IMG/VR virus record: IMGVR_UViG_3300010160_000040
DNA length: 64,000 bases
Strand: one strand, 5' to 3'
DNA from: an uncultured virus (IMG/VR IMGVR_UViG_3300010160_000040)
Taxonomy: Duplodnaviria; Heunggongvirae; Uroviricota; Caudoviricetes; Crassvirales
Each line of letters begins with the position of its first letter. The first letter of the stretch is position 1. The notes beneath the pieces were generated by a model, which saw nothing but the letters and a program-made list of their open reading frames with translations, was not told where the DNA came from and ran no database searches. Of this stretch, positions 9,580-20,339 are shown in pieces. The translations under genes were made by a program, and so were the position numbers.

Positions 9580-10525
9580 AACTAAACCTGTATTAAGACA
9601 ATTAATAAAAAAAGGCTTATTTGATTATGAAAGAGGTAAAGTTAAAGTTTACCATCGTTTAGATACAAGAGAGCCTAAAGAAGAGATTATTAAAGTAATA
9701 AAAGGCTGTTGCCAAGCTATATTTGTAGATTTCCAAAAATCTGGAGATGTATTATTTGAAGGTAAATTTCAAAAAAAAGTCGGGTTATTCTATAAATGTA
9801 TTTCAGGAGAAAATGTACAATTTAAAAATTGTTACGCTGAAATGACTATTAGCCTAACTGATTTTGTAAATCCTTTAAAAGATAAATATTCTAAACTAGA
9901 ATATATAGAATTATATGTTAGATTATTACAAAAAATAGGCCTTATTTGTGAAATATCTTCAATAACTGCTACTAAATTATGTATAGTTATAGATTACTCT
10001 AAAATAGATTGGAATGAAGAAGCTCTTTTAAAACTTAGTTGGCAAACAATTAGAAATCTCCATGTTGATTTTTGTTCACATGTTCCAGCTAGATTTATAG
10101 AACTAGTTGAATTGTATCCAGATAAAGATTTACTAGTATTATTACAAGTAGCTTATAGATTAACTCCTTATGAAGCTATTACTACATCAACTACTAATTA
10201 TGCAGTAAGTAATGGTAATCCAGTATTTAACTATATACCTTCAGGAAGTCCTAGTGCTTGGAATATTTTAGTACAAACTTTAAATCCAGATTTAAATGTT
10301 ACTAATTTTAGAGAGCATTTAAAGAATCAGCTAGAATTAACTAAAGCTTTACAATTAACTCCTCTTACTTTAGGTATAACTTTTACTAGAGAAGAATATG
10401 AAAATCAATACAATAGATTAGTTGAAAGTACTACTAAAACAGAACTTTGGACTAATATAGAAAAATCAATTTTAAAAAATAAACAATTAACTAAAAAACA
10501 AACCCCATGCCTACAAACTATTTAA
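9569..10525 (+). CDS. hypothetical protein
   Basis: 318-aa ORF overlapping both neighbours. Confidence 0.7.
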   Translation: MEDKTKPVLRQLIKKGLFDYERGKVKVYHRLDTREPKEEIIKVIKGCCQAIFVDFQKSGDVLFEGKFQKKVGLFYKCISGENVQFKNCYAEMTISLTDFVNPLKDKYSKLEYIELYVRLLQKIGLICEISSITATKLCIVIDYSKIDWNEEALLKLSWQTIRNLHVDFCSHVPARFIELVELYPDKDLLVLLQVAYRLTPYEAITTSTTNYAVSNGNPVFNYIPSGSPSAWNILVQTLNPDLNVTNFREHLKNQLELTKALQLTPLTLGITFTREEYENQYNRLVESTTKTELWTNIEKSILKNKQLTKKQTPCLQTI

Positions 10526-11316
10526 TTACAAAATTTAAGTCAAGATCAACAAATTTAGAGTACATTTTAAAATCTAAAAATAATTATGTAAATACTGTTA
10601 ATGATATAGTTATTTCTAAACCTTTAGCAGATTTTATATGTAATGCAAATTTCAGTATTGGCGGTGTTAAAAGGTTATCTGATAATAAAGAATTTAAAGA
10701 CGGTGATATTTTAGTTACTTCAAATGGAAATACAGGAAAAATTGTGTATATAATAATAGATAATGGTAATGTACTTATATATCTTAATACACAAACTACA
10801 CCAATTACTTTAAATGACGCGCAAATATATGTAGAACCTGTTGTTGAACCAGCTTTAAGTGATGAAGTAAAAGCCGATTTATTTTTAGATATTCAATATC
10901 AAATTATTGAAGCTAACCCTAGTTCAATTAGATTACCAGGTTTGTTAAGAAATAGAAAAACTCAAAGCTTATCAGGTTTCTTGAGGGCTTTCTTTACTGA
11001 TTATAATACAAATAAAGATACTATCTTTGTAGATAATAGAGATGTTCAAACAGCCGCAGGTAAAAGACGTAGTGTTGGAGATATCTTTATGATTTGTAGA
11101 TACTATTATCCAACTTGTACTTTAAGTCAAGTATATAATATTTTATTAAATTACTTACCTACAATTATGCCAAGTGGTTTTAGAACTTCTTATTGTTCTA
11201 CAATTAATAAAAGAGTTTGGTATTATGATGCTACAAAAGAATCAGCTCAAAAAGATTTAAATTCTATTGATGAGTATGGTAATAAAATAGAAAAATTAAA
11301 AACTTATTTACAATAA
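10507..11316 (+). CDS. hypothetical protein
   Basis: 269-aa ORF containing a VKRLSDNKEFKDGD segment. Confidence 0.7.
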   Translation: MPTNYLITKFKSRSTNLEYILKSKNNYVNTVNDIVISKPLADFICNANFSIGGVKRLSDNKEFKDGDILVTSNGNTGKIVYIIIDNGNVLIYLNTQTTPITLNDAQIYVEPVVEPALSDEVKADLFLDIQYQIIEANPSSIRLPGLLRNRKTQSLSGFLRAFFTDYNTNKDTIFVDNRDVQTAAGKRRSVGDIFMICRYYYPTCTLSQVYNILLNYLPTIMPSGFRTSYCSTINKRVWYYDATKESAQKDLNSIDEYGNKIEKLKTYLQ

Positions 11317-11321
11317 TTAAA

Positions 11322-12083
11322 ATGTCAAATAAAACTAAGAAACCAGTAATAGGTATTCCAGCTTGGAGCCTAGGTGAGAATTCATTTGGAATACAAAAAA
11401 CTTATCTTGAATATTTTGCTAAGTTTGGTCAAGTAGAAATGCTTACACCAAACGAAGACATTAGAGAAGATTTAGATTTAGTTGTATTGCCAGGTGGACA
11501 AGATGTTCAAACCACTCATTATAATGCTGTACCAGGCTTTATGAATGGCTCAAGTGACCCTTTTAAGGATTACTTTTTTAAGAATAATTTACCTAAATAT
11601 ATTGAAGTGGGAACTCCTGTATTTGGTATTTGTTTAGGATATCAACAATTAGCAATATATTTTGGTATACCTCTTATTCAAAACATAACACCATATCATG
11701 GTTATTCTGAAGATGGTGATAAAGAAATTAACAAATGTGTAGTTAATGCAAAATATATGCAAGAAAATATTCATCCTTCTTGGACATATGCTACTACAAC
11801 TGTAAATACTTTCCATCATCAAGGAATTAGTAAACAAGCTTTAGAACATAATACTGAGTTAATACCTTTATTATGGGAAAAAGCTGTTTCTTGGGATAGA
11901 CAAAACGGAGCTCACAATATTTTAGAAGGTTTTGCACATGCAAAATTACCTATTATTGGTGTTCAGTTTCATCCTGAGAAAGCTAGTTCTTGCGATTTGT
12001 CTGACATTTTAGTGGATAGTCTAATAGCTAGAAGCCCTAGATTACAAAAATTAATTAAAATAGAAAAATCAATATTAGCTTAA
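11322..12083 (+). CDS. peptidase C26 / class I glutamine amidotransferase-like gamma-glutamyl hydrolase
   Basis: LPGGQD, FGICLGYQ (nucleophile), VNTFHHQG, GVQFHPE. Confidence 0.9.
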   Translation: MSNKTKKPVIGIPAWSLGENSFGIQKTYLEYFAKFGQVEMLTPNEDIREDLDLVVLPGGQDVQTTHYNAVPGFMNGSSDPFKDYFFKNNLPKYIEVGTPVFGICLGYQQLAIYFGIPLIQNITPYHGYSEDGDKEINKCVVNAKYMQENIHPSWTYATTTVNTFHHQGISKQALEHNTELIPLLWEKAVSWDRQNGAHNILEGFAHAKLPIIGVQFHPEKASSCDLSDILVDSLIARSPRLQKLIKIEKSILA

Positions 12084-12084
12084 A

Positions 12085-12996
12085 ATGAATAATAAAATAA
12101 CAGTAGAAAAACTAAATCCAGATAATTTAAATCCAATTACTAATGTTAGATTAGGGAGTGATCAAGAGTTTTTCATAGTTGATATAAATACTGGAGAACA
12201 TGTAAGTGCTGTAGGATTAATAGGAGGGTCGAAAGACCTTCCTAGATTCCTAAAGCTTGGTTATGGAGTACAAGAAGATAATGTCGCCTTAGAGCTTACT
12301 TTACCACCTACAAATTCATATATTAAAATGTATAATGATTGTCAGTGGATACTAGATAAAATAAATAAAGAGATAGAAAGCAAAGGGTTAATAGTTTTAA
12401 ATGACGATAGTGCTGATGCTATTAGCTTTTCTGATAAAGAGCTAGATACTGATGCTGCTAGATTGTTTGGATGTTCAGCAAGCTTTAATTTCTGGAATTT
12501 AGAAATGAATGAATCTCCTAAAGCTACTGATGGTAATTTAAGATCAATTGGTAAGCATCTTCATGTTTCTTATAAAGAAAGAGGTTATGAAACAGATATT
12601 AATTTACTTCGTGTACTAGACTTGTATCTAACTGTACCTAGTATTATAATGAATCCTAATGGGGCTTTACGTAGAAAACTTTATGGTAAAGCGGGTGAGC
12701 ATCGTATTGGTAGTGTTACAGCTGAATTACGTACTTTAGGTATTAATTGGTTTCAAAGTAAAGAACATACTAAATTTGTATTTGATAATACTTTTGCAGC
12801 TATTGATAAAATTAATAACGAGAAGTTTGTTATGGATGAGCATATGGATGACTGCTTAGCTATCATTAATTGTGTTAATAACAATGACTCTGATGTAGCT
12901 AAATACCTATGTGATAAGTATAATATCAACTATACTATTGAAAAGCAAGAAAATAAATCTATTAAAAAATCAGCTTCTGTTGAAGAAGCTATCTAA
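12085..12996 (+). CDS. phiEco32-like COOH-NH2 ligase type 2
   Basis: LGSDQEFF, IGGSK..P, QEDNV.LE, FGC, LRS.G.HLH, RRKLYGKAGEHR, ELRTL. Confidence 0.85.
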   Translation: MNNKITVEKLNPDNLNPITNVRLGSDQEFFIVDINTGEHVSAVGLIGGSKDLPRFLKLGYGVQEDNVALELTLPPTNSYIKMYNDCQWILDKINKEIESKGLIVLNDDSADAISFSDKELDTDAARLFGCSASFNFWNLEMNESPKATDGNLRSIGKHLHVSYKERGYETDINLLRVLDLYLTVPSIIMNPNGALRRKLYGKAGEHRIGSVTAELRTLGINWFQSKEHTKFVFDNTFAAIDKINNEKFVMDEHMDDCLAIINCVNNNDSDVAKYLCDKYNINYTIEKQENKSIKKSASVEEAI

Positions 12997-13007
12997 AATA
13001 ATAATAT

Positions 13008-14585
13008 ATGTGTGGACTAATAGGTTTTAGTGGTCATAAGGGACAAAAATTTGATGTTAATAAGGTCAAGATCTTATTTATGTATAATCAAGAAAGGGGT
13101 AAAGATGCTTCTGGTTTCTGGACTCCTCAAACAGGTGTAGTTAAATCAGTAGACGCGGCTTCTAAATTTCTTACTAAAGATTTTAATAAGATAATACCTG
13201 ATTGTTCTTTAATAGGACATGTTAGAGCAGGTTCAACTTATAAAACTTTTGTATCTGCAGCACATCCTTTTGAAGGTGATAATTGTGTGTTAGCTCATAA
13301 TGGTACATTAGATAATACAGAGGCTTTAACTACAGAATATAATACTACTAATCCAGGTACTGACACAGAGTTACTGCATAAAATTATGGATAGTAACTTT
13401 GGGGCTAAAATATTTAGTCAGATTGATGGTACAGCTAGTTTATTAGTAGCTGATAAAAATATTAAATTAAAAAAAGGTCAGGAAAATAGCTTTTTATTAG
13501 CTTTTAGATTAAATAATCAAAGGCCTTTATATTTTGGTATGAGTAATGAAGGTATGTATATTAGCAGCTTAAAAGAAGGCTTAGAAGCTATTGGATGTAC
13601 AGAAATTACAGAGTTTAGTACTAATATTTTATATACTATATTTGAAGGAGGGATAATTAATGATGTGGCTATACCCAGTAGAGCCCTTAAAAATAAAGTT
13701 ATTAACCACTCAAATTACGGTAGTAATGTGTATGCTGGTAGCGGCTCTGCTCCTGCTTATTGGGCTAAATATTTAAATGGTTGGATACAAACAGATAGAG
13801 CAAGTTTAGCAACAGATCCTATTAAGTATGAAATAGATGATTGGTTTTTATTAAGGGAAATTAAAGTTGCTGATTGTAAATTAGTTGTTGAAAATATTGA
13901 TGGTAACAAGTTAACTTTAGGCTTTGCTCAGTTTTATTACAATCAAAAACTTCTACCTATTAATCCTTTAGCGCCTAATACTAAAGTTGTTGTAATGACT
14001 AATATTCATAAAACTGATAAACCTTCTGAATTTGTATTCTTTAAAGGAGATGTAGTGGATATTCAACAAAAAGAAACTACTATTAAAGGAGCTTCTTGTA
14101 TTAGTGCTACTAGTTTAGTAGATGGTGTAGTTTATGAATTAAAGAAAGAGTTTGTTAGAGCTTGCATGATTAATGAGCGCCATCTTTCAAATATAATTAA
14201 TAATGCTAAACATATTGCTTTATTACCTCCAAAAACAGATCCTCCTGTTATTGAGTCAGAAATTTTAAGTACTAGTAAAATAGAAGAATCTTATTTAGCT
14301 CAATTTATGGTAGAAAATAACTTACTTAAAAATTTAAGTGTTGATGATATTATTAAAGCTACTGATGATAGTAAAATAGTATCTGAAATCTTTGATTTAT
14401 GTGAAGATAATATGATTTCTTTTGATGACTTATATGGAGTAATAGAAGAACATGAAAGTGATTTAGATTTAATGACATTAAGATGTTTTAAAGATGAATT
14501 TGATACAATGAAAGAAAAAGTGTGTGAAACTTATATTAAAACTGTTGAATTATGGAAGAAAAAGAAAGAGTCCTTGCTAGCTTAG
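13008..14585 (+). CDS. class II (Ntn) glutamine amidotransferase with long C-terminal extension
   Basis: MCGLIG (N-terminal Cys), RGKDASG, GHVR, AHPF, AHNGTL. Confidence 0.88.
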   Translation: MCGLIGFSGHKGQKFDVNKVKILFMYNQERGKDASGFWTPQTGVVKSVDAASKFLTKDFNKIIPDCSLIGHVRAGSTYKTFVSAAHPFEGDNCVLAHNGTLDNTEALTTEYNTTNPGTDTELLHKIMDSNFGAKIFSQIDGTASLLVADKNIKLKKGQENSFLLAFRLNNQRPLYFGMSNEGMYISSLKEGLEAIGCTEITEFSTNILYTIFEGGIINDVAIPSRALKNKVINHSNYGSNVYAGSGSAPAYWAKYLNGWIQTDRASLATDPIKYEIDDWFLLREIKVADCKLVVENIDGNKLTLGFAQFYYNQKLLPINPLAPNTKVVVMTNIHKTDKPSEFVFFKGDVVDIQQKETTIKGASCISATSLVDGVVYELKKEFVRACMINERHLSNIINNAKHIALLPPKTDPPVIESEILSTSKIEESYLAQFMVENNLLKNLSVDDIIKATDDSKIVSEIFDLCEDNMISFDDLYGVIEEHESDLDLMTLRCFKDEFDTMKEKVCETYIKTVELWKKKKESLLA

Positions 14586-16375
14586 AACAAATTAATGGAT
14601 TTAAATATCTAAAAAGAGGTAAGGAAAAATACTTTATCGGAGATTTTGTAGAATTAGTTGGTGATTTAGAAGAGTCAAATAATAAACCTAAAAAGTATGA
14701 AATAGTTAGTTTTATGCATGGTTTGGGAGGTGACATAGCAATTACATGTTTTAATCGTAAAGAGGGGATAGGATTATTTAGAGTTGAATCTATTAAATCT
14801 TTTTATTATAAAAAAGATATAAAAAAATATGTTCATAGAGGTTGTCCTAGAGTATTTGAAGCTAAAGAAGATCAGTTAGTAACAGATCATTTCGGTAATA
14901 AAGGTTATATTCAAGATATGATTTTAGCTGATAAGAAACTTGTAATTAAATCTTTATGTACTAAAATTCTAATTAATAACCAAGAAAATTCTTTTAAATG
15001 GGTTTTAAATACTGAATTAGCCCATACAAATCATTTTAAGTGCTTTTATGATAATCAACTTTATGTTAGTGAGTATAAAATGTATGCTTTTAAAGTAACT
15101 CAAATATCAGAAACACAATTTTCAGCAGAGAATGTTCCAGTTAATAGAGGCGCTAAAGAAAAGCTTATTAGTTGTAATCTTAAAGTTCTTAGCAGTGCTT
15201 ATAGTTCTGAAATAGTTTATTTATTAAATGGTGATGAAATATTAAAAGATCATTCTGATAAATTTATTATTGGTCCTAGATCTGGGCAATTAATTCTTAA
15301 ATCTAAGCTAAAGAGTGATGGATATCGTCAATATGATAATGGTTATTACTTTCCTGAGTTTAAAAACTTTAAAAGACATAACCCTTTTAATAAAGATTTT
15401 AATTACAAATTTGGATTAGATTCTCCAACTAATTTAATAACTGAAGGCTTGAAATATACTTTTGGTGTGGAAATTGAGATGGCTGATTGTACCTTTACTC
15501 CTACTATGATGCAAGATTATAATATTATGGTTGAGAAAGATGGTAGTATTACAAACTCTAGAGATGAGAAATACGGTCCTGAAATTATAACTGGGGTATT
15601 AAAAGGTGATCATGGATTTGCTCATTTACAAGCTCTTTGTAATGAGTTAGCTAATAAGGGTGAAGTAAATCACACATGTGGTATACACACTCACATAGGT
15701 TCCGCTGATTTCAATAGTACAAATATAGTGCTATTATTTAAGCTGCTAAAACATTTAGAAGAGGATATCTTCAATATGTTACCTAAAAGTAGAAGAGAAA
15801 ACAAGTATTGTAGAAGATTACCTAATCTAGATTTTAATTTTGATGGTTGTAACACCATTATGGATATGAAAATTAGAGTAGATAACTATTATACTGAACT
15901 TTTTACTAAAGCTGCTGATTCCCCTCCAAGTGATAAATTGAATAAAACCAAAAATCATCCTAAAGGGGCTAAAGTAAATTACGATCAAACTAATATTAGA
16001 TATTGCTGGGCTAATTTTATACCTGCACTATTTAATACAAGATTGACTAATCCTCCATCTAACACAATTGAATTTAGATGCTTCAATGCTAGTACTAACT
16101 TTATCAAAATTAAAAATTGGTTAAAGATTTGTATGGCGTTAGTAAGCTTTGCTGAAAACTGTCATAGTGATATAATGAGTAATACAGTAACTTTAAAAGG
16201 TGAAGTATTGCCTCTAACATTAAAAAATATTATGAATAAGGTATATCCTAAATCATATAGAATTATTAATGAATTTATTGATATTAGGACAGAATTATTC
16301 AAAGATGTAGATTTAGAGGATATTAAAAATGAAAATGAAGTTAATGTTAATCTAAAACTTAAACAACTAATATAA
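14552..16375 (+). CDS. putative amidoligase (glutamine synthetase-like, Amidoligase_2) with N-terminal extension
   Basis: TFGVEIE, DGSI, EII..VL.G, TCGIHTHIG, TIEFR.FNAS. Confidence 0.85.
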   Translation: MEEKERVLASLEQINGFKYLKRGKEKYFIGDFVELVGDLEESNNKPKKYEIVSFMHGLGGDIAITCFNRKEGIGLFRVESIKSFYYKKDIKKYVHRGCPRVFEAKEDQLVTDHFGNKGYIQDMILADKKLVIKSLCTKILINNQENSFKWVLNTELAHTNHFKCFYDNQLYVSEYKMYAFKVTQISETQFSAENVPVNRGAKEKLISCNLKVLSSAYSSEIVYLLNGDEILKDHSDKFIIGPRSGQLILKSKLKSDGYRQYDNGYYFPEFKNFKRHNPFNKDFNYKFGLDSPTNLITEGLKYTFGVEIEMADCTFTPTMMQDYNIMVEKDGSITNSRDEKYGPEIITGVLKGDHGFAHLQALCNELANKGEVNHTCGIHTHIGSADFNSTNIVLLFKLLKHLEEDIFNMLPKSRRENKYCRRLPNLDFNFDGCNTIMDMKIRVDNYYTELFTKAADSPPSDKLNKTKNHPKGAKVNYDQTNIRYCWANFIPALFNTRLTNPPSNTIEFRCFNASTNFIKIKNWLKICMALVSFAENCHSDIMSNTVTLKGEVLPLTLKNIMNKVYPKSYRIINEFIDIRTELFKDVDLEDIKNENEVNVNLKLKQLI

Positions 16376-18117
16376 TGTGTTTATTAATGATGAAACCCTC
16401 TGGAGTAGCTTATGACCATAAATTCATGCTTAGTGCAATTGAATCTGGTATTGTTACTAACAGAGATGGTATAGGAGGAGCTGTAAGAAAAAGCTCCTCT
16501 CATATACTTAGAATGAGTAAAGGGCATTATAACCACAGTAAACAGGATTTTTACAGATGGTTAAAGAGTCAAGACATACAAGCTGAAGATGAAGTATTAG
16601 TTCATTTAAGATGGGGTACAAACGGTTCTAGAACCATATATAATCAACATCCATATATACTAGGAGAAAAGAGTACTATGAGTAGAATAGGCATAGTTTC
16701 TGAATTAACTACAGAAGATGATGATGTAAAAACAGGTATATTTGCTCATAATGGTATATTTTCTGGATATGAGTATGAATGTTTTGATGAGGGTTTAAGT
16801 GATACTTATAATTGGGGATTAAGTTATTTTAGATCAGATAAACAAATTGAAGCTCTAAAAAATGCTCCTCATGCACTTATAGCTACTAATTTAACATTAG
16901 CTAACTCATTAAAAGGTGAGAAAGTTTGTTTTATGTTTCCTGATAGAGAGATGATTATTTTAGGTACCTTTATAAATGATGAAGGTTATCTATTCTCTAA
17001 TAGTGGGTATAAAAGTTATACTGAAGATAGAGGAGGTAGCTCTAATAGAGGCTCTGAATCAAACTTACTTCGTAATAAATTTCATAATCTTGTTGATATT
17101 GAAGATGAGGAAGAAGAAAATTTTCCTAGTTTTTGCGGTATTAACACAGGGTTTAATTTAAGCGATCAACAAACGAATTTTAATCTTGGTTCTGAAACTG
17201 ATGATGAAAAACTTTTTAATGATTGGCTAGAAAGAACTAGTATTAATACAGATTCTGAACCTGTTGTTGAAGAATTAGAAATTATCTCTAAAGCACAAGT
17301 AGCTGTAGTTAGGAAATTAGTTAACTCTAGTTTTGAGTACGAATTAAAGCTACCTAAAATAGAAGTTAAAGTTATACCTATTGGTAGACATTCTAATAAA
17401 GCTGAGTACTTTAATACTAAGTATAATAAGCGTCACAACTTAAATTTAGGCCCGTTAGATAAGGTTATTAAAGTAACCTCTAAAGATGATGTAGCTTTAA
17501 ATAGTAAGTATGCTATTGCAGCTGATTTTAGTTTACCTATTAAGTTAACTAATGAAAACTGTAAGCATTTTACACTTGTTAATATACAGGAAGAGGCTAG
17601 AAATAATTTAATATTTCCTCCTGATACTCAATTTACTGTAGGTACAGTAACTTTAGATAATGTATATATAAGAGGTACTATTTATGGAGAGTCTAACATT
17701 AGTGATGATGATTATACTGAGTATGTAATTAGAACTCATGATCAAATTGGTAATAATTTTAAAATTAGGCCTAAACATTCTATGATTCCTGTTTACAGAG
17801 ATTATATGAAGCTAGTTGAAAGATTTGGAATTGAGATTTCTTTAAATAAAAGTAAGACTCTTAAAAATCTTACATTTAGCATTCAAACACAAGTAAATAA
17901 AGAAAAATCTTTAAAAGGTTATGCAACAGATAAAGCTTATAATTTTGTTAAGAATCATTATAATGGTATAGCTCTAGTTGAATTTTATAATAACTTTGTA
18001 AAAGATATTTTAGATGCTAAAGCTAATAAAAAATTAAACTTAGCAGGTCCTAAAGAATCTTTATTTGATGAACCTTACACTCTTATTGATAATCATTTAG
18101 CTAGAATAATGGACTAA
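16375..18117 (+). CDS. second class II glutamine amidotransferase with acidic linker and C-terminal extension
   Basis: MCLLMMKP, NRDGIG, VHLRWGTNG, NQHPY, FAHNGI, SDT, FSN. Confidence 0.85.
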   Translation: MCLLMMKPSGVAYDHKFMLSAIESGIVTNRDGIGGAVRKSSSHILRMSKGHYNHSKQDFYRWLKSQDIQAEDEVLVHLRWGTNGSRTIYNQHPYILGEKSTMSRIGIVSELTTEDDDVKTGIFAHNGIFSGYEYECFDEGLSDTYNWGLSYFRSDKQIEALKNAPHALIATNLTLANSLKGEKVCFMFPDREMIILGTFINDEGYLFSNSGYKSYTEDRGGSSNRGSESNLLRNKFHNLVDIEDEEEENFPSFCGINTGFNLSDQQTNFNLGSETDDEKLFNDWLERTSINTDSEPVVEELEIISKAQVAVVRKLVNSSFEYELKLPKIEVKVIPIGRHSNKAEYFNTKYNKRHNLNLGPLDKVIKVTSKDDVALNSKYAIAADFSLPIKLTNENCKHFTLVNIQEEARNNLIFPPDTQFTVGTVTLDNVYIRGTIYGESNISDDDYTEYVIRTHDQIGNNFKIRPKHSMIPVYRDYMKLVERFGIEISLNKSKTLKNLTFSIQTQVNKEKSLKGYATDKAYNFVKNHYNGIALVEFYNNFVKDILDAKANKKLNLAGPKESLFDEPYTLIDNHLARIMD

Positions 18118-18119
18118 TT

Positions 18120-18533
18120 ATGGTAATAAATACAACAAAAAAAGATGCTTTAAAAGGTAGTATAGACGTTTCTAAGATAGTTAAAACTTCTTTTGATTTT
18201 ACAATTGAAGAAGTTTTAACTTCTACAGATGATGAATATAAACCTACAGTAACTTACATGCCTATAAGTTATTATAATACATTAGAAAAGCTTGACCAAG
18301 AGTTATCTAATTCCTATCACATGGGTAGAAATTATGAGGCTCTAACTAAAAAAGAGTTGTTACTTATAATTAGTAGTGTTTTAATTAAAACTCCAAGTTT
18401 ATATTATGATACACATAAATTAATTACTATAATTGAAGATGATTATTTTATAGGGGTTTATGAAACTAATACTGAGTTAGAAGAATATTTAAATATTATA
18501 AATACAAGGGATCTTGAATTAATGGAGGGATAA
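18120..18533 (+). CDS. hypothetical protein
   Basis: 137-aa ORF in the operon. Confidence 0.65.
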   Translation: MVINTTKKDALKGSIDVSKIVKTSFDFTIEEVLTSTDDEYKPTVTYMPISYYNTLEKLDQELSNSYHMGRNYEALTKKELLLIISSVLIKTPSLYYDTHKLITIIEDDYFIGVYETNTELEEYLNIINTRDLELMEG

Positions 18534-18537
18534 TAAT

Positions 18538-19692
18538 ATGAGCGAAGAAAAAGTAAAAAAATATGTGTCAAATAACGTAGATCAAATGGCTGATCAGATA
18601 TTAGCTGGTAATATGGAGCGACTTCATAAATGGACAAGTGCTGCTACTAGTCTAGGTATAGCAGAAAGATTTTCTATAAAAGAGGAGCCTGAAAAAAAAC
18701 CAACAAAAGGCTCTATTAAAAATAAATCAGATGGTAGTTTATTAGGTGAATTATTTAAATTAGTTTGGTATGTTACTAATACTAGTGGCTTACCCTTTGA
18801 AGTTTTAACTAATATAGAGTTATATAAAAAATCTATTTTTAATGAAGATTTTATAAACTCATTTATAAAAGCTTTAAATAACAATGTTATTATAGTACCT
18901 ATTAAAATAGTTAATATAACTAATTTAAATCTAATGGCATATAATCATAGTGGCCATGCTATTGATAGTGCTATTAGAGCAAAGTTAGGATTTAGGATGT
19001 ATGTATCATTTTTCCTACCTAGTTTAGATTCAGATCAAACAAATATGTACTATGATAAAGATCATATCTATTTAGAATTAAATAGTAGTACTCAGAATTA
19101 CAAAGCTGCTAGAAAAGAGATTTTAGATAGTTTTAAAGACCTGGATATGGAGATAGAGCAGGTTAGTGACACTTTAGATAATCTAGTTAAAACTAATCCA
19201 GAATATCATAAAATGGTGTATGATAGAAACAAGGCTATTATTAATTTGGATCTAATTAAAAGTAAGATTATAGATTTAAATGATAAAATCTATAAACTTG
19301 AAAGTGGGGTATTACCTGATGACTTAATAGAAAAGAATAGAGATAAGTTTAAATGGCAGCGTGTTAGGTTATTTAATACATTCTTAGAAAATACTAGTAA
19401 GCCTAAAGTTACTACAGAAAATTATAGAACAATTGGAAGTAATCTTTATGGAAATTATACAACACCTCCTCTTCCTGAGTTTTTCTTAAACGATGATGAT
19501 TTTAATATAAGTTCACTTGAATCTACTACATATGAAGATTATATAGACTATGACAATTGGGTATATTTTGATTTTAATGGGGATTCTTATGATTTAGATA
19601 CTATTACTTTAGAAAAGTTAGATAGTCTATTAGGCCAAGATTTAATGAGTGAAGAGAGTTCTGATCAAATAGTAATGTTTAGAGGTCTTTAA
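18538..19692 (+). CDS. hypothetical protein with acidic C-terminus
   Basis: 384-aa ORF in the operon. Confidence 0.7.
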   Translation: MSEEKVKKYVSNNVDQMADQILAGNMERLHKWTSAATSLGIAERFSIKEEPEKKPTKGSIKNKSDGSLLGELFKLVWYVTNTSGLPFEVLTNIELYKKSIFNEDFINSFIKALNNNVIIVPIKIVNITNLNLMAYNHSGHAIDSAIRAKLGFRMYVSFFLPSLDSDQTNMYYDKDHIYLELNSSTQNYKAARKEILDSFKDLDMEIEQVSDTLDNLVKTNPEYHKMVYDRNKAIINLDLIKSKIIDLNDKIYKLESGVLPDDLIEKNRDKFKWQRVRLFNTFLENTSKPKVTTENYRTIGSNLYGNYTTPPLPEFFLNDDDFNISSLESTTYEDYIDYDNWVYFDFNGDSYDLDTITLEKLDSLLGQDLMSEESSDQIVMFRGL

Positions 19693-19696
19693 TTAA

Positions 19697-20335
19697 ATGA
19701 AAGAACTTTTAAAAAAACTAAGAGATAATGATATAGATTTCTCTCAATATATTCTTCTATATAGTTTATTTCATGGAGATAAACAATATGCTGAAGAATA
19801 TAATAAAGTAGAAATTTATGATAGTCATCAAGGTATTCAAAAATTAATTCATCTAGGGTTTTTAGCTAGAGTTGAGCTACTTGAAGGTACTAGTAGATAT
19901 ACAGATTTTACTAATGATAATTTATTTATTACTAAATTAGGTATTGAAAGATTCTTTAAAGAGTCTACTAGTACTCCTAGTAATGAATCTATTTTACCTA
20001 AGTACAAAATACTTTGGATAGAAGATTGGTATGATTTATTTCCTAAAGGTATTAAATCAGGAGGCTACTATGTTAGAACCTCTATAAAAGATTGTGATAA
20101 AAAGATGTACAAGTTTTTAGTAGATAATTCTGAATTTACCAAAGATATAATTCTTGAAGCCACCAAGAACTATATTGAGGATATGAAAAGTAAGAATTAT
20201 TCAATGATGAAACTTGCGCCTAATTTTATCTATAAAGATGGAATAAGTATGTTGAGCGGAGCTTGTGAAGCCTATGTCCAAGGTGTAAACAATAATCAAG
20301 ATACTTATTCAACTAATGAATTAACTGGAATATAG
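19697..20335 (+). CDS. putative replication initiator / helicase loader
   Basis: Directly upstream of DnaB; wHTH-like N-terminus and a W..LFP.G motif. Function is inferred from position. Confidence 0.5.
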   Translation: MKELLKKLRDNDIDFSQYILLYSLFHGDKQYAEEYNKVEIYDSHQGIQKLIHLGFLARVELLEGTSRYTDFTNDNLFITKLGIERFFKESTSTPSNESILPKYKILWIEDWYDLFPKGIKSGGYYVRTSIKDCDKKMYKFLVDNSEFTKDIILEATKNYIEDMKSKNYSMMKLAPNFIYKDGISMLSGACEAYVQGVNNNQDTYSTNELTGI

Positions 20336-20339
20336 TTAG

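Noticed and set aside
7994..18117. Amidoligase cluster as a 2-aminoadenine (Z-base) or other DNA-modification pathway
   Set aside because: No PurZ, base hydroxymethylase, kinase or DNA transferase is recognisable. Proximity to polA alone is not enough evidence.
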